Source of the DNA: Candidatus Eiseniibacteriota bacterium
GTDB lineage: Bacteria; Eisenbacteria; RBG-16-71-46; CAZEPH01
Direction: 5' to 3'
NCBI GenBank assembly: GCA_044229145.1
Contig: JBGATO010000020.1
Coordinates: 1 to 54,864 of the forward strand
DNA: 54,864 nucleotides
The position numbers and the translations under genes are program-made. Below, piece after piece: positions 48,984 through 54,864 of this stretch. The notes beneath the pieces were generated by a model. The model worked only from the letters and a program-made list of their open reading frames with translations, was not told where the DNA came from and did not search any database. The first letter of the stretch is position 1, and each line of letters begins with the position of its first letter.

Positions 48984-51479
48984 ATGATCAGTACGTTCAC
49001 GAGGGCTGTCTGTCTCGCGATCGCGATTACGCAAGTCAGCAGCATGACGGGAGGCCGGATCGCCGAAGCGCGAGGCGATGCGGTACGTGCCCGCGTAGCT
49101 CCCACCTCCGCGTCCGCCGACACGAGTTGGTCGCCGGTCTTCAACCAGATCGGCACCGACGATCACGTCATGTGCGGGATGGTGCGGCAAGACACGTTGA
49201 TCATCGGCGGGCTGTTCCAGCATGTCGGAGCGCAGGAGATACACGGCGTCGCGGCGACAGACGGCACACGCTGGTGGGGGTACGGCAGCGGCCTTGCGGA
49301 TTCCGTGTTGTGCCTTGTCGAATGGAACGGGCAACTCGTGGCCGGGGGGAGTTTCACGACGGCCGAAGGGGCGCCCGCCAATTACCTCGCGGTGTGGAAT
49401 GGGGCTGCGTGGCAACCCTTCCCGGTTCCGGTCAATCACCGCGTGAACGCGTTGGCCGTCTATCACGGCACGCTCATCGCCGGCGGGTTCTTCACTGGAG
49501 CGGGCAGCGTGAGCATGAGTCGCATCGGCGCATGGGACGGCACGACGTGGTCGCCGCTTGGGCAGGGTGTGGAGCTCGACACGCCCGAGGTGTTCGCCTT
49601 GCGCGTGTGGCGGGACACCTTGGCGGTGGGCGGGCGGTTCCTGCAGGCAGGCGGCCAGGCGTCGAATCGGTTCGCATTGTGGGATGGCGTGCAGTGGAGG
49701 GCCTTCCCGCAGGGGCCCGATGGGACAGTGTGGAACCTCGCAGAATGGAACGGCCTGTTGGTCGTTTCCGGGGCGTATGGATTCGTGGGGAGTTTGGTCG
49801 GGGATGGAGTCATTACCTACGACGGCACTGCTTTCCAGTCGCTCGATTGGGGGATGAACAATTCCGTGGACGGCGTCTGTGCCTACCATGATGAGTTGTA
49901 CGCGATCGGTGAGTTTAGCGAGGCCGGCATGCGCTACGGAGGCACGCCCGCAGCGTGTGCCGCTCGCTGGAATGGATCTGGATGGCAGGGGGTGGGAACG
50001 GGGCTCATGCCGAACGCGAGCGGTCGCGACGGGAGGCATTTTCCGGTCGCCATCGTCTACCACGACATGCTCGTGTGCGGGGGTTGGTTTGCCGGTGGCG
50101 GCGGACTAGTGTCACCTCGCCTCGTCGCGTGGAACGATACGACGTGGGGCAGCCTGACGCGCGGGCAAGGGGTCGACGCCGATCCCCTCGCGGCCTGCGT
50201 GTACCACGGGCAGTTGGTCGTCGGCGGATGGTTCAACACAGCAGGCGAGGCACCATTCAGCCACATCGCGGCATGGACCGGCACCGGCTGGACGCCGGTG
50301 GGAATCGGCGTGAATGACAGCCCGGTCTCCGCCTTGACGACATTCGGCGATTCTCTGGTGGTGGGCGGGACGTTCTCCGTGGCCGGTGGTGTGAATGCGT
50401 CGTGCATCGCGGTGTGGGACGGGATTGCGTGGCATCCGCTGGGGTCAGGCTTCAACGGGCCCGTCACGGCACTCACTGTGTGGAATGGTCGCTTGATCGC
50501 AGGCGGTTCCTTCACGAAATCGGGCTCCCGCACGACATCCCATGTCGCCGTTTGGCTGGGCACGGGCTGGTTCCCGCTGCAAGGCGGCGTCGACGGACCG
50601 GTGTCGACGCTCGGAGTCTTCAATGGGTCCCTCATTGTCGGGGGGCAATTCCACACGGCGGGTGCCGGACTTGCCGCGGAGTGTGTAGCGTCGTTCAACG
50701 GCAATTCGTGGCAGGCTCTCGGGAGCGGACTGACGCTATCCGGACGCACAGCATGGGCGCAATCGCAGACCGTGTGGAACGGCACGCTGATCGTCGGCGG
50801 CACATTCACCAGTGCGGGAGGCGTGCCGGCGAACTACCTCGCTGCGTGGGATGGAACTGCCTGGCAAGAAGTCGGCGCTGGCATCCAAGGGCCGAACCTC
50901 CAAGTGGCTGCTCTTCTGGTGGACAGCACCGGCGCGCTCGTCGTCGGCGGCACCTTCTCGACGGCTGGGAGTGTGACGTGCAATGGCCTGGCCCGTTGGG
51001 ATGGCGCAGGTTGGAGCGCGTACGGGACAGGGTTCGTGATGGACTATTCGACTGGGGGCGTGTGGGACCTGGAGTTCTTCGACGGATCGCTGTTCGCCGT
51101 CGGCAGCATGAACACCGCGGGAGGCAAGAAGTCGAACAACATCGCGCGCTGGGACCCTCCGCCGGCGCTCCCGGTCGCGATCCAGCCTGATGTCCTCGAG
51201 GACAGTGGCCGGTTGCGGTGGCGAGTCGCGCACTCCCGGGGCGGAGGGATCGTGTGCGAGACTGATCTCCCGCGCGGCGGGATCGTGGGACTCTCGGTGG
51301 TGGACGTGTGTGGCCGCACGGTGCGAAAGCTCTCCCGCACCGCGCGTGCGGCAGGAGTATTCCGCATCGAATGGGATGGCCGCACCGGACGCGGAGAGCG
51401 TCTGCCCCGCGGCGTCTACCTCCTTCGGCTCGATGCCGGTGGAAATCGTTCGACCGCACGCGTGGTGTGGATCGAGTAG
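48984..51479 (+). CDS. Secreted multi-blade beta-propeller protein (WDG repeats) with FlgD-Ig/T9SS-like CTD; paralog of 9908-12584
   Basis: About 14 GGxF...A-x-W-[DN]-G-x-x-W repeats; C-terminal VDVCGRTVR...WDGRTGRGERLPRGVYLLRL; SD AGGAGG. Confidence 0.85.
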   Translation: MISTFTRAVCLAIAITQVSSMTGGRIAEARGDAVRARVAPTSASADTSWSPVFNQIGTDDHVMCGMVRQDTLIIGGLFQHVGAQEIHGVAATDGTRWWGYGSGLADSVLCLVEWNGQLVAGGSFTTAEGAPANYLAVWNGAAWQPFPVPVNHRVNALAVYHGTLIAGGFFTGAGSVSMSRIGAWDGTTWSPLGQGVELDTPEVFALRVWRDTLAVGGRFLQAGGQASNRFALWDGVQWRAFPQGPDGTVWNLAEWNGLLVVSGAYGFVGSLVGDGVITYDGTAFQSLDWGMNNSVDGVCAYHDELYAIGEFSEAGMRYGGTPAACAARWNGSGWQGVGTGLMPNASGRDGRHFPVAIVYHDMLVCGGWFAGGGGLVSPRLVAWNDTTWGSLTRGQGVDADPLAACVYHGQLVVGGWFNTAGEAPFSHIAAWTGTGWTPVGIGVNDSPVSALTTFGDSLVVGGTFSVAGGVNASCIAVWDGIAWHPLGSGFNGPVTALTVWNGRLIAGGSFTKSGSRTTSHVAVWLGTGWFPLQGGVDGPVSTLGVFNGSLIVGGQFHTAGAGLAAECVASFNGNSWQALGSGLTLSGRTAWAQSQTVWNGTLIVGGTFTSAGGVPANYLAAWDGTAWQEVGAGIQGPNLQVAALLVDSTGALVVGGTFSTAGSVTCNGLARWDGAGWSAYGTGFVMDYSTGGVWDLEFFDGSLFAVGSMNTAGGKKSNNIARWDPPPALPVAIQPDVLEDSGRLRWRVAHSRGGGIVCETDLPRGGIVGLSVVDVCGRTVRKLSRTARAAGVFRIEWDGRTGRGERLPRGVYLLRLDAGGNRSTARVVWIE

Positions 51480-51627
51480 CGCTCTGTCCGGCATTCCTGC
51501 GGGCTGCGCGCGCTGTCCGTTGCCCGTAGCGCTTCGGACGGCGTGCGTGATGCCCATGATTCGGCTGATCCACGCCCCGCCCGGTTGTCTCTGAAAGGCG
51601 CCGTCGCGCGCGCGGACCCCTTTTCGC

Positions 51628-51656
51628 ATGACAGCCCTGGCCGGGCGTGCTATCAC
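51628..51656 (+). promoter_or_regulatory. Possible sigma70-type promoter for the S8 gene
   Basis: ATGACA-N17-TATCAC with TGn extension. Confidence 0.35.
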
Positions 51657-51783
51657 GACGACGCGCCCGCTCTTCGATGCTCCTCGAATCCCACCCGGCG
51701 GCGCGCCTCGTCTCCCACCCCGGCGCCATCTGGCAGCCAACCCTGCCCGTCCGGCGCGTTCCCCCTGAACCTGTCGTGGAGGC

Positions 51784-54700
51784 ATGCTCATGCGATTCGC
51801 GTTCCGTGCGCTGGCGGCCGTGGCGATCACCGCGGCCCTCATTCCTCTCCTCGCCCCCGCGGCGAGTGCCCATCTCCGCCGCTTCGCCCCGGTGCAGGGC
51901 GGCTTCCAGCCCAACGCCCCGGCGGTGGCCGATTACGTCCCCGGCCGCCTACTCGTCCAGATCTCGCGCGAGGCCCACGAGGGCTCGGCGATCCCGCGCA
52001 CCTGGCACTACCGCGATGCCGTCCCGGGTGACCGCACCGGCATCCCGGCGGTGGACCGCGTGCTCCGCGCGGCGGGCGCCCACGGCCTGCGCCGGGCCTT
52101 CATCGAGCCGGCCAACCTCGAGGCGGCCGAGGACCTCGGCACCGGACGCTGGATCCTCGTCGATCTTCCGGCGAACAGACGCGAACCGGGCGTCGTCGAC
52201 CAGCTCGCGCGCCTGCGCGAGGTGGAAGCGGCGTCGCTCGACTACATCGCCTTCCCGGCCGTCGTCCCGGCCGACCCGCTCTACGCGATGCACTGGGGCC
52301 ACAACAACACCGCCCAGATGCTCTCGTACAACTGGACGAACAACAACCACGAGACCGGCTCGCCGGTGGGCACCGTCGGGTTCGACACCAACGCGCAGGT
52401 GGCGTGGGGCGGCACCCAGGGCTACGGCTCATCGTCGGTGATCATCGCGATCATCGACAGCGGCGTCCAGACGGCGCACCCGGACTTGGTGCAGGTCACC
52501 GGCTACGACTACGGCGACAACGACACCAACCCGGACGACAACTCGGCGTCCGCGGGCCACGGCACCGCCTGCGCCGGTGTCGCGGCGTCGAGCGCCAACG
52601 CGCTCGGCTCGTGCGGCGCGGCGCCGGGCTGCAGCATCATGCCGCTCAAGGTGGCCAACAGCGCCGGCACGATGTCGTTCACCTCGATCGTCAACGCGAT
52701 CTACTACGCGGCCGACCACGCGGCGAACGTCATCAGCATGAGCCTCGGCGCGGCGATCAGCAGCGACGCCGCCACCGACGCGGCGATCACCTACGCCTGG
52801 AATGCCGGCGTCGTCCTGCTCGCCGCCACCGGCAACGAGAACAACAGCACCATCAGCTACCCGGCCATCAACGCGAACGTCCTCGGCGTCGGCGCCGCCT
52901 CGCCGTGCGGCGACCGCAAGCGCTCGTCGAGCAGCGCGTCGGAGGTCAACCCGGGCGTCTTCACCGACCCCAACGGCTACACCTGCGACGGCGAGCGGTG
53001 GTGGGGCTCGAACTACGGCACCAACACGGCCGGCGCTGCCGGCGCGGTGGACGTCATCGCCCCGACCATCCTGCCGACCACCGACCGCTTGGGCGCCAAC
53101 GGCTACGACCCCAGCGACTACTCGAAGTGGTTCAACGGCACCTCGTGCGCCACGCCGTACGCGGCCGGCGTCTGCGGTTTGATCAAGTCGAAGAACCCGA
53201 CGTGGACGAACGCGCAGATCCGCGACCAGCTGCGCACCACCGCGCAGGACATCGTCAACGTCGAATCCGGCGCTGGCTGGGACAAGTACTCGGGCTACGG
53301 CATGGTGGACGCGGCGGCCGCGGTTGGCGCCAGCGGCGGCACCACCGACGCGGTGACCGTCACCTACCCGAACGGCGGCGAAACGCTCACCGGCGGCGCC
53401 TCGGTCAACATCACCTGGACGTGGACCGGCAGCTTCACCACCGTGAACCTGGAGTACTCGACCAACGGCGGGACGAGCTGGACGACGATCGTCTCGGGCA
53501 CGCCGAACGACGGCACGCAGGCGTGGACGGTACCGTCGACCGCCACCACGCAGGGCCGCGTCCGCGTCAGCGGCGGCACCGCGACCGACATGAGCAACGC
53601 CAACTTCACCATCAGCGTGTCCTCGGGCGGCTACGCGGCGCTGCCGTACTCGACCAGCTTCGACAGCGGCACCTTCGACAGCTACTGGTCGACGGCGATC
53701 ACCGCGAATGGCCGCGTGCGGCTGCTCACCACCAACACGCCGCACAGCGGCGCCTACCACATGGTGATGGACGACGCGACGAGCGGCGGCTACAGCCAGA
53801 CGCAGGCGAAGCTGAAGCTCAATCTCTCCGGCTACTCGCAGGTCAGCATGACCTACTGGTGGAAGGACTTTGGCGACGAGACCCAGACGCAGGACGGCAT
53901 CTACTTCTCGAACAACGGCGGCACCAGCTTCACCAAGGTGGCGAGCCTGACGCCGGCGTCGTACTCGGACAACACGTGGCGGCAGTTCACGCTCGACGTC
54001 GATGCGCTGGCCGCCACCTACGGCCTCGCGCTCAACTCGACCTTCGTCATCATGTTCCAGCAGTACGACGACTACCCGATCTCCACCGACGGGCAGGCGT
54101 TCGACGACATCAGCGTGACCGGCACGACGGGCGGTGGCGGCGGCGGCGGGATCACCGCGGAGTCGGAGTCGAACGACACCTCCGGCACCGCCGACGGCCC
54201 GGTGGGCACCGGGACCGCGGTCACCGGCAGCATCTCGACCACCACCGACAACGACTACTTCTACTTCGACGTGGCCACCGTGGGCACGGTGAATGTGTCG
54301 TTGTCGATCGGGTCGACCGCCGACCTCGACTGGTTCCTCTACAACGCGTCGCTCGTCGAGGTGGCGCGCGGCTACACCACGTCGAACCCGGAGACCGGCA
54401 GCTACGCGTCGGCGCCGGTCGGCCGCTACTACCTCAAGGTCAACGGCTACAGCGGCGCCACGTCCTCGTACACGCTCACCGTGACGGGTGGCTTGGCGAA
54501 CGCGCCGGTAGCGCTGCAGAAGGTGGCGTCGGCCGCGGTGGCCGGGCTGCCGCGCGTGACCGCACTGTTGCCCAACGCGCCGAATCCGTTCCGCGGCGAG
54601 ACCGCGGTGCGCTTCGCGCTCGCCACGCCGGGCGACGTCGACCTGGCCGTGTACGACGCGCAGGGTCGCGTGGTGACGACGCTGGCGCATGGCGTCTACG

Positions 54701-54831
54701 CGGCCGGCGAGCACCGGCTGACGTGGAACGGCCGTGACGCGCACGGTGCCATGGCGCCGAGCGGGATCTACTTCGCCCGGCTGCGCACCGCCGGCTTCGA
54801 CGGCACGCAGCGGCTGATGCGCTTGCCGTAA
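51784..54831 (+). CDS. S8 (subtilisin-like) serine protease with accessory beta domains, PPC domain and FlgD-Ig/T9SS-like CTD
   Basis: Triad IIDSG, HGTACAG, NGTSCATP; oxyanion ATGN; PNGGE domain; ESESND...DNDYF PPC; PNAPNPF...WNGRDAHGAMAPSGIY. Confidence 0.95.
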   Translation: MLMRFAFRALAAVAITAALIPLLAPAASAHLRRFAPVQGGFQPNAPAVADYVPGRLLVQISREAHEGSAIPRTWHYRDAVPGDRTGIPAVDRVLRAAGAHGLRRAFIEPANLEAAEDLGTGRWILVDLPANRREPGVVDQLARLREVEAASLDYIAFPAVVPADPLYAMHWGHNNTAQMLSYNWTNNNHETGSPVGTVGFDTNAQVAWGGTQGYGSSSVIIAIIDSGVQTAHPDLVQVTGYDYGDNDTNPDDNSASAGHGTACAGVAASSANALGSCGAAPGCSIMPLKVANSAGTMSFTSIVNAIYYAADHAANVISMSLGAAISSDAATDAAITYAWNAGVVLLAATGNENNSTISYPAINANVLGVGAASPCGDRKRSSSSASEVNPGVFTDPNGYTCDGERWWGSNYGTNTAGAAGAVDVIAPTILPTTDRLGANGYDPSDYSKWFNGTSCATPYAAGVCGLIKSKNPTWTNAQIRDQLRTTAQDIVNVESGAGWDKYSGYGMVDAAAAVGASGGTTDAVTVTYPNGGETLTGGASVNITWTWTGSFTTVNLEYSTNGGTSWTTIVSGTPNDGTQAWTVPSTATTQGRVRVSGGTATDMSNANFTISVSSGGYAALPYSTSFDSGTFDSYWSTAITANGRVRLLTTNTPHSGAYHMVMDDATSGGYSQTQAKLKLNLSGYSQVSMTYWWKDFGDETQTQDGIYFSNNGGTSFTKVASLTPASYSDNTWRQFTLDVDALAATYGLALNSTFVIMFQQYDDYPISTDGQAFDDISVTGTTGGGGGGGITAESESNDTSGTADGPVGTGTAVTGSISTTTDNDYFYFDVATVGTVNVSLSIGSTADLDWFLYNASLVEVARGYTTSNPETGSYASAPVGRYYLKVNGYSGATSSYTLTVTGGLANAPVALQKVASAAVAGLPRVTALLPNAPNPFRGETAVRFALATPGDVDLAVYDAQGRVVTTLAHGVYAAGEHRLTWNGRDAHGAMAPSGIYFARLRTAGFDGTQRLMRLP

Positions 54832-54864
54832 GGCGCCGCATCGCACCACACGCAACGGGGGCGG

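Noticed and set aside
1..54864. CRISPR array, tRNA/rRNA, IS, integrase, prophage, DGR
   Set aside because: No spaced direct repeats, RNA gene signatures, recombinase, reverse transcriptase or phage motifs seen; repeats are protein-level only.

Overview
GC-rich bacterial chromosome segment, densely coding (about 35 genes), with no rRNA, tRNA, CRISPR, integrase or transposase. Contents: a sirtuin, a MacAB-like ABC exporter with two permeases, an SDR, a GH53 galactanase, a 7TM-GAF-PP2C phosphatase divergent from an exosortase, saccharopine dehydrogenase, DinB, an alpha/beta hydrolase, a DNA glycosylase and a kinase-STAND-TPR regulator. A large peptide-scavenging block follows (two S9C, penicillin acylase, OppABC, aspartyl protease, S9A, M16, S8). 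Six unrelated secreted proteins end in the same FlgD-Ig/T9SS-like C-terminal domain, suggesting an FCB-related lineage such as Ca. Eisenbacteria (inference only). Most notable: (1) an unannotated 41-aa peptide with four CC pairs spaced CC-x5-CC, coupled to a Cys-tailed SigZ-like ECF sigma factor and preceded by a thioredoxin-fold protein lacking CxxC, a candidate metal/metalloid sensing and sequestration module; (2) a TTGACA...TAGGCT promoter with a G10 tract in its spacer before a compositionally atypical two-gene secreted cassette, possibly phase-variable; (3) an exosortase fusion facing a PrsK-like sensor with a phosphatase output. Frameshifts clustered at 12.1-17.2 kb are probably assembly errors. 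All calls come from reading motifs by eye; no searches were run.
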